DNA from: Octopus sinensis
Taxonomy: Eukaryota
Assembly (NCBI RefSeq): GCF_006345805.1
Contig: NC_043005.1
Span: forward strand, 60,760,001 to 60,824,000
DNA length: 64,000 nt
Direction: 5' to 3'
Shown: piece after piece, positions 26,040 through 39,335 of the stretch
Position numbering within the stretch: position 1 is the first letter of the stretch
Layout of the letters: every line of letters begins with the position of its first letter
The notes under the pieces: model-generated
Databases searched by the model: none
What the model saw: only the letters and a program-made list of their open reading frames with translations
Told to the model about the DNA's origin: nothing
Made by a program: the position numbers and the translations under genes

Positions 26040-26183
26040 TTTCTACTCTAAGCACAAGGCCCGACATTTTTGAGGAGTGGGCCAGTCGACCCCGAAAGAA
26101 TTTGAACACATATCGTAAAGACAAACGAAGTACCGCAAGGTATTTCGCTCGGCGTTCTAAAGTTTCTGTCAGCTCACCGCCTT
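26040..26183 (-). mobile_element. Internally deleted SINE family B copy
   Basis: Ends in gtttctgtcagctcaccgcctt. Contains gaccccgaaagaatttgaac. Confidence 0.6.
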
Positions 26184-26580
26184 ACAACAGGTATATGTTA
26201 AGCATATAGTTTATAGCCTTTTAAAAGAAAAGAAAATGGATATATAGAGGTTAATAATTGTTTATTATTCACAACAAATTGACCATCTTTGCTTCTTATA
26301 GCCATTTCAAATAATAATCAATAATTTAATTACAAATTTGTATATTAAATTTATAATTATGTGTCATGAGTATAATTTCATCAGAGAAAAAAAAAACATC
26401 TACCTTTGGATCTTGTATGTGGATCTATCAATTCACTTCAGCAGTCTCAATAATTAAATTAATGAGTATTAATTGAAAAATGCCAGTAAGAAGTGATGAC
26501 CAATCTGTAGTTAACAATAAACATTAAACTTCCTTATCTCCATTTTTTCTTTTCTTCTTTCATATATATATATATATATA

Positions 26581-26716
26581 TACGACAGGGGTCTTTCAGT
26601 TTTTGTCTATCATATAGCCCGAGGCTATAGTAGGAGACACTTTCCCAAGGTACCACTCACCAGGACATCATGTCGTTGAGAAGCAAGCTTCTTTCCACAT
26701 AGCCACGCCTGCGCCT
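26581..26716 (-). mobile_element. 5' part of SINE family A
   Basis: ctttcagtt...gcccgaggctatagtag.agacact.tcccaagg...agcaagct...ccacatagccacgcctgcgcc. Confidence 0.7.
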
Positions 26717-27687
26717 ACACACACACACAGACACACACAAGTAATGTTTATTACCATTTCGATGAGCCTCCTCCATCTGGTTATCGATGCAATCTGCCCC
26801 CTATATATATTGCTAGTAGGGAAGCGAACACCTACCATATGGACATACATCATGCACGTCTAAGATTAACTTTCTCTGCATCTCGCTTTTACTCTCTTAC
26901 TTGAAGTAAGGCATGACTGGAGAAGTCACTCAACCAATCAACCAACTAACAAACCAGCCAAACATCCAACCAATTACCCAACCAACCAGTATCTATATCA
27001 GCTATTCTTATAGAGAGATAAATGTTAAATCGGTCATATGAATTATATTAATTATGCAAAGATATGAAGACATTTCTAGATTTACATTAAAATCAATGAC
27101 ATTCATTAGATTTCCTACTTAGTCACGTTACTTTCTGTGGATTTGACATGAGGTTATTTCCGTTCCAGTTATGAAAGATTTTTGATTAAGAGTACATTAA
27201 GTTGTGATTTTTTTTTCTATAATATATCAGCCAATGCTATATTAAGCACAATTTTCTTTGGTAATACGTTTTAAGATTTGGTAGAATTTTTATAATTTCG
27301 CTTTGAGGAGAAATGTCGATATTTTGAGACACAAACTTTCAAATTAAAAGGACAGTTGATAATGCATTTTATTTTGTATTTTATTTATTTATGGCTTATA
27401 GTGAAGCTCAAACGAGTAATATATTGAAAGTGATTTTGAATTTTCACTATGAACAAACTTGGTACAGACTGAAAGTTTTTTAGTATTTTTAGCTGTTTTA
27501 TATGCTTCAGGTCATTTCGTGTGTAGGTACAGTGAAAATAATGCAAGGTTCGTTTATTGGCATTGTATTCTGGATAATTATTTAAAAAAACCACTGTAGT
27601 AGACTTAAAAAGACAGGATTAAGAGTACATTGTATTGCTGCGAAACGTATCGCTGGATACAGAAAAAGCAGAGCAAAGAAGCAGAGC

Positions 27688-27805
27688 GAAGAAGAAGAAG
27701 AAGAAGAAGAAGAAGAAGAAGAAGAAGAAGAAGAAGAAGAAGAAGAAGAAGAAGAAGAAGAAGAAGAAGAAGAAGAAGAACAACAACAACAACAACAACA
27801 ACAAC
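27688..27805 (+). repeat. (GAA)n then (CAA)n
   Basis: Read directly. Confidence 0.97.
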
Positions 27806-28418
27806 ATTAAGTGGTCTTAAGATTTGTTTCGATAGTTTCGAATAATTGGGACCATTGCACCCCAAGTGAAATCAGGGCGAATGTTTACCAGAGATGAAAA
27901 GTGGAAGGGGAAAAAAAGGCTGAGAGAAACAGACTTATAAACCAGTGCAGGGCTGGATGATAACCAAAGATGACATCAATGTTATTTGATCTCGGAGAAC
28001 AGGAAATCAGGACGAATAATATAATGCTATCTAACCGAACCCCTAATTAGTCTGCCAGTAGACTGCCTTGGCTTAAATATACCAGTGGACGAAATTACAT
28101 GGAATTACCTGCAATAGGTGTACAGACTGTATATTTTGGAAAAGGCATATTGGAGAAAAAAGCAACTAAAGAAGGCATATTTAAAAACAAAACAACCAAA
28201 GAAGACATATTGTAAAACAACTAAACAGACACGCAGGCACAGAGTGTATCTATGCGAGTGTTATAATTATACAATCAACACGTAGAAATCGTAGTCTATA
28301 TAGAATATGTTTGATGCAATATTATACCAATATAAAAGGACAAGCAACATTCTACCAAATAACTAATATTCTCAAAATGAATGTGCTATGAGGACATGAA
28401 TAACTGAGCGTTCATTAC

Positions 28419-28421
28419 CTG
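28419..28421 (-). other. Acceptor-CAG-donor site (3-nt microexon or recursive splice site candidate)
   Basis: Minus strand gagttgttcttttcag|CAG|gtaatg. Confidence 0.2.
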
Positions 28422-30417
28422 CTGAAAAGAACAACTCTATTCGTTCCTGCCACCAGAGAGACAATTACTCTGAACGTTTATACGAGATAGTTATACAAAA
28501 AATATCCTTCAATAGATTAAATACATGGAAACAAAAATATTTAGAGCTTAAATAATGACATCTTCCTCCAAATTTAATGCAGTACAGATAGAAAATCGAG
28601 CAATATACCAGTGGATTTCGCCTAAATATTAGATTGCCCATCAAAAGTTCATCTAAAGGCAAAAGTAATAATAGCTATGCCCAAATTTACTCCCTAGATA
28701 ATCATTTTATATAAATCAAATATTATGGAGTTAATGGATCTGCTACCTGTGAAAGATATAAAAGTGCGACTATAATAGATTTATTATAGAAAATTATCAT
28801 ACAAATGTTCAGTGCTTTCGAATGAAAATTGCAGTAGTGAAAAATTGCACTAAATTCAATTATCTGGACCGCAAATTTAAGTAAAACTCATATAAATATT
28901 ATAAATACTAAATGAAAATATTCGCTTATAGTAACGTAGGTTCACACAAATATTCCACTTGGGCTTTAAAATTATTATTAGCAATATGGAAAGAATAATT
29001 ACGTGTGAGTTTTCAAATAACAAAAATAAAACTTTCGGAAAGTAAATGACATACTTTATAGACACTGCTTTTAATATAATTATTTCGGTTGACGTAAAAT
29101 TACAGTAGGTTCAGAACTACTTCCTCTCTTTGAGAACAACGATCTGGAGTATGTGTTGATATTTTGATAATATTCAAAATGAGACAGTTATCATTTTTGT
29201 GACGAATGATTTTTCTTGTAACAGGAAACATTCATCATTTTTCCTCATTTCTATCTTTCTTGTCTCCACCATTTTGGTCACAAAATATATGCGATTTATC
29301 TTATTTATCTTAATATTTTTTTTCCTTGGGAAGAACGTCGGTTCTGTCATTGCTTGTATTTTTTATCATTTTTTTCGTTAAGGCAAACATATATATTGAC
29401 TGTTCCTTTTCGAAAATGCAACATCTTCTTAAGCATAGTTTAAAAGAAACAGGACATTGACACAGATGGAAACATCACGTTTCCAGACGAATTTTTCATT
29501 AACGAAATTAAAGTATAGAAAATACAAATTCAATTAAAGGCTTCAAGGGAATCGGTAATATAGCTCACTATATTGATACAATACATGAAGAGAAACATGT
29601 ATGTCAAACACTAGATAATTTCACGGTCAACAATGAAGAAAGGCTTCTTAACATCTCTTATATTAAAGAGATGTAATTTCAAAGATTTCACCTGATTATC
29701 GTCGTACGTTTGTGGAATTTAAGTGGATAAATAATGTAATTATCGGCACACGAGTGCATATCATTCAAGTAGGAGTCAACAGTATACAACATAATTACCA
29801 TGGAATGTGATAATTACGGGAAATTTGACATTAATTTAGTCGATACAAACACATGCATCATTCCTGGCATTTCAAATTTAATAAATTCCAATACGTCTTA
29901 CATTAGCATTGAATGAGAAGAAATTACAGAGGCAGACTCCGTACAAAATTTTATTATATTTCAAGCACAAAATATTTATTTCATGGGCAACTGTATTATG
30001 TATAGCGGAAACTACAAATATGTGTATAGTTGTTATCATTGCAATGTCAAGCAAAATCAAATACATTGTTTACGATGAAGTGTTACTTGAGTGAACTGCA
30101 ATTCCATTAGAGATCAACGATGCATATTTTTACATGATTAGTTATATAATAAATGTTTTTATAGCAAAGAGACTTCAGAGAAAAGATAAAATAAAATCTC
30201 TTTAGCTTATACTTTATGTATTTTCAGCTTTGTATGTTTTTCTACGAAAGTTACTGTACCCGTGTTTGTGTTAGTGTGAGCGTGTGTGTGAGTATATATG
30301 CAGTCGTGTGTTAAATTTTCTTCCAAATATCTTACTATCCAAAACACTAAATCCGAAATCGAGCATCGGGAAGTGGACCTGTAGTAATACTACCACTACT
30401 ACTACTACTACTACTAC

Positions 30418-30471
<54 letters not shown>

Positions 30472-30486
30472 TGATGATGATGATAA

Positions 30487-31150
30487 AGTACAAAAAGGAC
30501 ATGCAGAAGGTTTACGCAAGGATTACACAAGCAATTCCATGTACTCACAGAAGTTGCTGCTAAAATTAGGTGGGATTGTCTAATGAAAGGAACCATAAGT
30601 AAAGAGACCGAGCTCTGGCCACGAACTGGAGGGTGAACCTGAGGAAGAGCAAGTGTATCCACTGTGCCACGTCTGCGAGCTGAAACCGCAGAGAGTGTCC
30701 AGCTGCAAAATCCTCTGAGATTTCCCAAACTAAACATATCAGGCGCTAGAGCATAACTGACCGGACGTAGTGGTGGTGGACAAGGTGCACCACGGATGCT
30801 ACATAGTTGATGTTACACCCCGCTTTGACCTACAAAAAGTCAAGAAGAAAGGCAAAACCCCTCTGAAGTACGAAATAGTCCTCCTGATAACGAAGAAGGT
30901 GAAGATGGTGTCAAGTATTGATTAGGTCCCTGGGAACAGTATCAGAAGGCACCAAGAAGAATATAAAGGAAATTGGAATAGTGTGCCCAGGAGAAGTTAC
31001 GAAAGGTTTGTTTCCTTGGCACGGTTAGAATAATCAGGAAAATATTAGACAGCTTAAAAGAACGAATATCATGGTACCATAGGCTGTAGGTAGTAAGCTT
31101 GCTACGCATGGAAGATTCCAGGAACTTTAACAAAACCTGTGATAAAGAGA
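30487..31150 (+). mobile_element. 5'-truncated R4/Dong-type RLE LINE with a 24-bp target-site duplication
   Basis: Broken frames give WD.LMKGTISKETE, IL*DFP...HN*PDVVVVDKVHHGCYIVDV, SLGTV, LRKVCFLGTVRIIRKILDS*. Flanks taataatgatgatgatgatgataa (30463-86) and taataatggtgatgatgatgataa (31151-74). Confidence 0.85.
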
Positions 31151-31171
31151 TAATAATGGTGATGATGATGA

Positions 31172-31305
31172 TAAGAAGAAGGAGAAGAAGAAGAAGAAGA
31201 AGAAGAAGAAGAAGAAGAAGAAGAAGAAGAAGAAGAAGAAGAAGGAGAAGAAGAAGAAGAAGAAGAAGAAGAAGAAAAAGAAGAAGAAAAAGAAGAAGAA
31301 GAAGA
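31172..31305 (+). repeat. (GAA)n purine tract
   Basis: Read directly. Confidence 0.95.
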
Positions 31306-31875
31306 AATGCCCTGATGCAGTACCAGGCAGTGGCTCTCGTGGCTTCAGATCTTAACTGATTGGAAGTGTTATGAGGTACATTGTTTTGTCTTGGTATAAA
31401 AGATGGGCTACAGCAAATATTCCGCTCAATACCACAGATTTGCTTGTCAGTTGCTTGACCTTAACTAGTTGAGCATGTTCCTTAGTAGCTGACGATATGT
31501 GCATCTCTGATAACGAGCAGAAGTAGTGGGAGAGCATCATAACCATGTGTTGAGAGGAAATCTCTCGGGTTTGGATAATTCACCTCTGGAAATATGGGTA
31601 TTTTGTTCAGCATCTTTAAACAACCCTTATTCACGAACCTTTTGAGTGTGATGCCCTACTCGACCTGAAGATAATTCTAACTGGTCTCCACCTGCAAAGT
31701 CATGCGCTGTTTATCTTGATATGAGATCAGTATGTCGCGCACATATGGTTGTGATGCATGTGCCTGGTGCACTCTTATCAGACGGGTAGTCATGATGGGT
31801 ATACCGGGATTCTATATTTTACCCCAGTGTCATTTTGATGGCATGCACTGCTCTCTCACTCATTAATAATAGTAA
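31306..31875 (+). mobile_element. Interspersed repeat, probably a LINE 3' region ending in TAA-like repeats
   Basis: Non-coding and GC-richer. Ends ...gcatgcactgctctctcactcattaataatagtaat. Family assignment is from recall only. Confidence 0.45.
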
Positions 31876-31889
31876 TCGCAAAACCAACA

Positions 31890-32140
31890 GTTAGAAGAGT
31901 CACAAATTACAGAAACTGATCGGCTATGAAGCTCTGAGAAGAGACTTATTAAGGCTATAGTTAATGTAAAGATTGTATAAAGTTCCGATATTTGTTGGTG
32001 TGCTGATTATAGTGACCCTCCCCCTAAAAGAAGAAATTTACTCCAAATGATAGGGTAAAAACGAAAACAGAGCACATCCAGAAAACAACAATACTTGGAA
32101 GTTCAAGGAGCGTTGGCAAAGGAGTCACGGCAAAGCTCTT
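31890..32140 (+). mobile_element. R4/Dong-type RLE C-terminal remnant
   Basis: KVPIFVGVL...EHIQKTTILGSSRSVGK matches VPIxVGALG...IQKxxILGTxRIxRK. Confidence 0.6.
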
Positions 32141-35100
32141 GAGATAAGAAAAGAAAATACCATTTTAGTTTATGTGATGCGAAACCTGGTACACTAATTA
32201 CACCTCCAGAGGGGCCGTTTGACATGCGGAGACACTGAATAATTTCTCCAGCAAGTTTCCAACAATATCAAATCAAAAAGAAAACGAAACCGATAAATAA
32301 CCGATAGAACTATGAAAAGAGAACCGGGAAAATATTACTCAGTATACTTTAAGGTGGTGCCCCAGCATGGCAGCGAAAACTGTAACAAATAAATGATAAA
32401 ATATGTGAAAAGCTTATTACAGATGTTTATGGAATCCGGTGTTCCCACACCACATATAAATATCTCCATGGAAATCAATACGATGCTGTCCCTTGCATCA
32501 AATAAAAAAAGGAGTAAAATGATTACCTAACGAGAAACCTGATAATATAAATAAAGAGCTTGACTTTGCTCCTTCAATCTCGCAAATAATACATAGATAT
32601 GAGCGAAAATGTTTCTATATCCCCAGAAAATGAACACAGAACATTATATGCCTATAAGAGTTTCAAGGAAAGTACTGCAGATCTTTGTGCACTATAGAAC
32701 TCCAACAGAAAAAGATACATTCTCCAAAGGAATATAGATCAGATGTTGAAACAGGACATAAAAGAAATTATGCATCACGAAAACGCAAGTAACGATCACA
32801 GAAGTCCCAACGACAACAAAGAAAAAATAAAACACACAGAGGGTGTAATTCCCCACGATAGGAGACATTTAAAACAAACCAAGAATAGAAAAAAAAATTG
32901 CATTACAAATTCAAAATCCAGAAGTGCACAGTACTGTCCAACAAAACTCGAAACAGAATTGCACGCAGAAAAATATTAATGAAATGGAATATGTGGAAGA
33001 TAGAAAATGTGAAATTCGTCTATATGCATATATATTAAAATGACTGACAGTTTGCTTCTACCACGTATTAACATGAACAATATCTTTCCAAAGAGCTGCC
33101 ATACAATTTCCATATTCGAATTTTCATTGAAAACATTTTTCTATACTCGCGAATGTTATAAAAGAAAATTGTTCAAGGTAACGTATCCTAAAATCAGGAG
33201 ATTTTTCTAAGCTAAATTCTTAACCAGGTAATTATGCTTATTGGGTTATTATAGCACAGAATGAATCTGTAAATGTTTACGCAATCTTGTATATTAGGTA
33301 GATAAAGTTATTAAAGGTAATCTTCTATAGTAGCTATATTAGCAACATGTAAAAGAAACAATGTGTATGCATATATGCTTTTTTCTGCATGTTTGTGTGC
33401 GCGTGGTTGATTTTTCTACAGTATTTAGAAATATTACATAGACGTTAACATGTATTCAATCTGAAGAAGAGCGCCGTTGTGTGCTTAATAAAATACAATA
33501 ACAGCAGATGTAACTCGCTAAATCAGGAAGCCTTTTAGTCGGTCGTCAGCTATGTATTAAACGTTAAAAACTATATTAAATATTTGATTAAATTTTTAAA
33601 AAAACTCTCGTTTCAACTCAAAGCAGGTCTAAAACAAATACTTCATAAAAGCCTTAAAAGACTTTCTGATAACATATTCACGGTGCCAATACTACATTTA
33701 TTTTGCAGTTTAGAAAGAATTTTCTAACCTTCCCTCTGTAGTTGTAAGTTAGAAGAAGCTCGTAGGTTTAACGATGTCTAGATAAAAGTATAATTACACC
33801 GGTAAAAGAAAGTGGAAAATGTAAAAGTGTTTTCGGATTAATGTTCGTAGAATGCTATCTACACGCATTAAGATTGTTGTGGCGTCTGTCAAGCATGGCG
33901 TATTAAGTTTTTGAAGAATAATTCCACTCCTCTTCGCCTGCGAACAAAATAAATTCCATCGTATGTTGCAAGATAATTCTTCCATTTTCAGAGAATATTT
34001 CTATTACATAAATGTATAACAGGCGGTTTCGAATGGGTGTGAGTCTGTATGCATGTATGTATGTATATATATATATATATATATAACCAATACAGATGGC
34101 TCACAAGCACATATTAGTATATAAGTCATGGCAATTTGTGAATCACAATAGTTGAATAGATATTTGATATGTCATATACATGATGCTTATCAACGTGCCA
34201 CGTGTAATTCAGTGAGATTCAGATTTCAAATCGCATCATAATCAACTTCGTCTCCATCATTTAGAGAAAATAATAAGGTACCTACCAGAGATGTTTCACT
34301 ACTGATAAAATAGACAATGCATCCCAGCTGTAACATTGTGATCAGATTAGAAATTAGATTTACTGTATACACCATTATATAAGACGATCTACTTCGACCG
34401 GGTCCACTTTGCTTTGCTTATGTCAGTAATTAGAAGTCAATATTTTGTCACGTCCCGCTATTTCTAAGTTCAATTCCAGTTGAGCTTTTCTTTGTTCTTT
34501 CCTTGTGGGATCAATAAATCAAGTACATAAGAGGCGTGTCTTCCAAATATTGTAGAATATGTTATCTTCTAAGTTTTCTTTTATACGTAATGAAACTACT
34601 TTGTATTCTGGTTTCCATTCTTCAGAAGGGGTCTTAGTTTTTTATATATTTTAATTCGTGAAACTAGATATCAGACAAGAATAGAAGTTAAATCAATCCG
34701 TTGTCCTTCTCTTGTAAAGCGCTTGAAAAGCTGTCAGTATGAGATATTTCATTAACTGTATGGAATATTATGGTATTTCGAGGAAATTATATGAAGGCGT
34801 CACCCAAAATTTTATTTCAAACGCAAGAAAGACGCCACAATCTTCAAAATTGGAATTTCCTAAAAATAGAGATGAAATAGAATAATTTTAAAATAGTTGT
34901 GTGTATGATGCATGTCAGAATAATTGAATAAGATTTAATAATATTTAAACTTTACTTCAATGATTGATAGATCAAAAAACAACTTGTGTGTTTAAGAAAA
35001 TAAAACGCATGAAATATATATATGCTCTGTATAGTGTCAGAGACAAATTTTATGAATATATATAGTTATATGAACCACGAATGACTCGATCTATTTCACA

Positions 35101-35619
35101 GCAAATAACTGCCGCGACATGTTATTTCTTTTCCTTATTGTATCATGTGCATTCCTGTATGAAATGATGATATTTCTCCGTAGATCGAAAACAATTATGA
35201 ACAACGCTAATCGGTTCTGGAAACTTATCGCGTTCCCGTTAGAGGTTTCTACATCAATGTAGCAATTTCCAGACAAACAAGCAGCTAGTTAGTTTAAATA
35301 CTTCAAAAATGCAGGAACTACTGAGAATTGGACAACTGTTAGTGTTTGAAGCCTGTCAACACGAATCTTAGTTTATATAACAGCAGGTTATGGTATAATA
35401 ATATAAATAATAATATAAATAACCTATGTATTTTGATTGTCCTTTGTTCTTTTAAGATATTAGAATCTTATTTGGATCAATTTGGTAACTATGTTTATAC
35501 AGACGTGCATAGTCTGATCTTTGCTTCAAGCGCTGTGCTTTAGCATATACTATTCCTTTTGATGTGTCCAACATGAAAATGGCCACTGATCTCCTATGTG
35601 CTAACAAGTGTGACGACAG

Positions 35620-35860
35620 TGGTGTGATTCAATCTGCCGAGTATCGGACATAGTATCACTTATTTGCATACGTGTATGTTCTGAGTTTAAATCTTTTCTA
35701 TGCCGAATATTACATTCCTTTCCTTGGAATCGGTAAAATGAATACGAGTTATAGACCAACGATGAAGCTTCTCCGTAGTCACTCGACAATATAAAAATAT
35801 CTGCTAAATTTTCCTCGAATAACATATTTGTCTTAAAAACAAGAGAAGAAAGAAAAGAAA
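35620..35860 (+). mobile_element. Old degenerate SINE family B copy
   Basis: tatgttctgagtttaaatc...cctttccttggaatcggtaaaatgaatacgagtt aligns with the family B core. Purine-rich tail. Confidence 0.5.
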
Positions 35861-35949
35861 GCCTTTACTTACATTGCTTTGCTTCAAAAGAAGATAACAT
35901 GCACATTGCTAACACAATTTTAGTCATGATCAGCTCTTCCAGAACTCAC

Positions 35950-35955
35950 CTGAGT
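35950..35955 (-). other. Candidate 6-nt microexon (ACTCAG)
   Basis: Minus strand attgaTGCttttctttag|ACTCAG|gtgagt. Confidence 0.35.
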
Positions 35956-36306
35956 CTAAAGAAAAGCATCAATTGCCAGTTGGTTACTAGACTTGATATA
36001 ATCGGCATATCTCTCGCCCAAATTATTTGACCTTTTTCAAATATTTATAATAGCTGCATATATATTGCACGAATATGTAATCAGTGAGCACGAATTGAAA
36101 TTACTTCGTTATGAATTTTGCAATTTGATGGTTTCATCTAAATTGAAAAGCCATACAATGTGTCGACGGATATTAGTATGTAATTTCGAAATACCTTACT
36201 TGGCGTTTCGTTTAAGGAAAATAATACCGAAAGAAAGATTAGTATTGAAGAAGGAAGAGAGAGACGAGGGATGGAGAAAGAGATAGATAGATTGATAGGT
36301 AGATAG

Positions 36307-36349
<43 letters not shown>

Positions 36350-37139
36350 TAGTGTAATAATTGGAGAGAATGAGAGAAAAACATGATGAAATCGTTTTAC
36401 TTGTCAAATTAGATGAGTATACATGAAATATAATTTGTATCCCGAAACCAATCGTATATTGCTGATCGTCAAATCTTATTTTAGTGTTCATGTTTGGCCT
36501 CAGAGTGTTAGACGACATCCAGTATTTATGTTGTAGCTTGGGCTGTTAGGCTAAGGAGTTAAATCTCAAATTTACATGCAATGTACCGCATTGAAAAGAA
36601 GGCGGCACATAAGGGATAATGTAGCATTAGATATATTGAGCTTTAAAAATCCGAGAAGAAAGTCATATCTGCAATACTGATTTGAGCTCAGTTTTAAAGT
36701 GTGATCTTCACTCCTTATTTTGTGATTGTAATATATTAGTGTGTTATGTTAATTCACTTCTTCAGTGATTCTTGAATAAACCACAAATGATAACAAAATA
36801 TACTTCGGTTCCACTGTGACAACTGGGCTGATGGGAATGAACTATATTATTACGCAATTAGTTCTATAAAATTACGAAATATCAGCTGTGTGATTAATCG
36901 AGGTGAGCATACGTATTCCGCATCCTTGTTTATCCATCTACATTGACGTGCAGGATAAAGAAATTGTGTTTCTAAGCTTCATAATGGTTTCAAAAGCAGT
37001 ATCTTCTGTTTCTTAGTATAAGTTTCTCATATTTATATTGACTTTCACCTTATATTCAGTAATAAAAGGAATGTACAAAACGCAATGATCATTCAAATGC
37101 ATATTCTGAAAGTAACTCGTCTTCTACGCAAAAATCTTA

Positions 37140-38000
37140 CTCAGCAGAGATTTCATCACAGGCGATGCACTTGTATCATCACTGAATCGAACTTTCGAGT
37201 CCTGTTAGAAAAAATCAGGTGTGCATTGTTGTACCCACTTCTTCACTGCCAACTTCCCCTCGCTTCTGTAACCAAATTATTGGTTACAAACACTGCACTT
37301 CATTAGACCGAACCGGTAGATTTAGGAGGACGTCGGATCTTCCGACTTTTTACCAAGTATTTAATTGGTCGTCCATTCTCATAATGAATGCGCCTCATTT
37401 TCAGATTCTTGTTTAGTGTTTTCCTCTGAATGGCTTTTCCAAGATATTTGGGTGCTTCAGTATACAGATCCCTTTTTTCGGATCAGTCTAGTTCCAAAGA
37501 CGTTATGTTAATGATGTCGGGTCATCCCATAAAATCGGTCACCATGATTTTTCTGTGCAGATCGCTGGCTCTTGAAATTCTTAGACTTTGGAGATGTGTG
37601 ACATCATTTCATCGACGGAGCCTTTATTAAAATCATTTAGTCCACTTGCTGGCGACTCGAGCCAATGGTCATAGCTGATAGTCTCTCAGTGCGTGGTTTA
37701 TTCTCAATACTTCGCCGCTCCTCGTTTTAATTTCCTTATCTATTTTTACACATTGACCTTGTTTAGAAGTTAATTCTGAAAATGACATATAGGTGTCTTT
37801 GGATGTCGGACAACATACACCCCTCCTTCGTCGGGAACTCAATTACGACAACGTTATGACTGCTCCGAACACATTTGCTGCTAATGAAAACTTTGCAAAA
37901 GAGCAAGAAGTTGCATTACAATTAAATGTTAATATATCAACATTTGCAATTTAAACGATCTATGACAGGTAATAAACATTAATGTCCAATTTTGCATTAC
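37140..38000 (-). mobile_element. Degenerate mariner transposase
   Basis: C-terminus FFLTGLESSIQ**YKCIACDEISAE* resembles FFxxGLxxLxxRWxKCIxxxGxYVE*. KIMVTDF.. resembles KxMxTVFW. Boundaries approximate. Confidence 0.65.
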
Positions 38001-38089
38001 TTTTGGCATAACTTTTTATCATTACCATCAAGTTATAAATCCGGATAGTATAACCACCCGTGAATCGCACATTTTACTAGTTCTTAATA

Positions 38090-38300
38090 TAAAGCAGCGG
38101 AAAGGGGGTGAGGTGGTATAAACTATGGCTCGCTATGCAAAATACTTAACGACATTTGGTCTGTCTACGTTCTGTATTCAAATTCGGCCTTCGTTGGCTT
38201 TGTTTTTCATCATTTCGGAGTCGATAAAGTGATACCAGTTGAGAACTGAAGTTGACGTAATCGACTTGCTTCCCCCTCTAAAATTGCTGGGCTTGTGCTG
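38090..38300 (+). mobile_element. Old SINE family B copy
   Basis: tacgttctgtattcaaattcggcc...tttcatcatttcggagtcgataaagtgataccagttg. Confidence 0.55.
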
Positions 38301-39169
38301 AAATTCTTAACCCGGTAATCATTTCCCCCTGTGTGATAACGATTGTTAGGACATCGGAAACTATCTAAAAGTGTTCGTTTCCACGTTTTACGCTCTGGTT
38401 TCAAATACCAAGACTACGACACACCACCAGCCATACATACACTACTTGGGCTTTGCTCGAATGTTCTATATCAATACCTTGCAAATAAATATATGACTCT
38501 GAAAACAGTAGTTCGTTCGCGCCTTCCACAATCTGTTTCTGGGTAATGTACATGTTATTTACGTTTCGATTACAAATCGCGACGAAAATTAATTTCCCTC
38601 ACAACATTCCGGTTACGATTAAATTATACCACTGACATACAGAAGTTGATAAAATCACAGATCCTTCCTGCAATATATCAACAGTTGTGCCAAATCGTTC
38701 ATGCATATAACCAACAATTAAAATATCTAAGTCTCAAAATTGACTTAATCGATCGGCCTTTACTAGAAATAAATTAAAATAAACTAGTTATTAATAAATC
38801 CTTACTTAATGAAACACTATGTCGGATTGAATCGACTACTGCATGGTATCAAAATAGTTTTTCATTAAAACTAGGTTGTTGAACATGAAAATTGTTCGGC
38901 ATCAAGAAATGAATTCGCGTACTTCCGCTTAGATTTCGGCACTTGCATTACTCACACACACAGATGGTGGTGGTGGTGGTGGTGGTAGTAGTAGTAGAAA
39001 CAGCAGCAGCAGCAGTAGTAGTAGTATTAGGGTATACTTTGTAACAGTGCGTCAGTGCATCCACCATTTGCTAGTGATTCCCTACTCCTGGCGGATGACC
39101 GCTTTGCACCATTCAGGTGACCACTCACCAACCAATGGGTCTGTTTAGTTACCTGCTGTTGGTGAGGAT

Positions 39170-39335
39170 TTTACTAAACCGGAGTGAAAGTCTTTCAGTC
39201 AACTTCTATGATACGCAGAGGAAACGTTGAGTCTATTTTGCTCTCCACACAGCACTGAAGTAAAGTTAAATGAAGTGTTTTGCTCAAGAACCCACGATCG
39301 CCAGATCAACAGCCTTAACAAGTAGACCACGAGCG
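39170..39335 (-). mobile_element. Degenerate SINE family C
   Basis: Minus strand gttcttgagcaaaacacttcattt, shared with the copy at 54086. Confidence 0.5.

Noticed and set aside
33714-33743. 30-nt plus-strand microexon KEFSNLPSVV, or a 2-nt TT exon
   Set aside because: Competing acceptors and no independent support. Such motifs are expected by chance in 64 kb of AT-rich DNA.
35672-35831. Minus-strand exon candidate TNMLFEENLADIF... with a long pyrimidine tract, and a 9-nt microexon 41 nt upstream
   Set aside because: It lies in an antisense degenerate SINE-B whose purine tail creates the tract, and the 41-nt intron is implausibly short.
37141-37201. Apparent 61-nt minus-strand exon DSKVRFSDDTSASPVMKSLL with a PP1-binding KVRF motif and good splice sites
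   Set aside because: Another frame of the same bases is a mariner transposase C-terminus (FFLTGLE..KCI...E*), so this is TE sequence.
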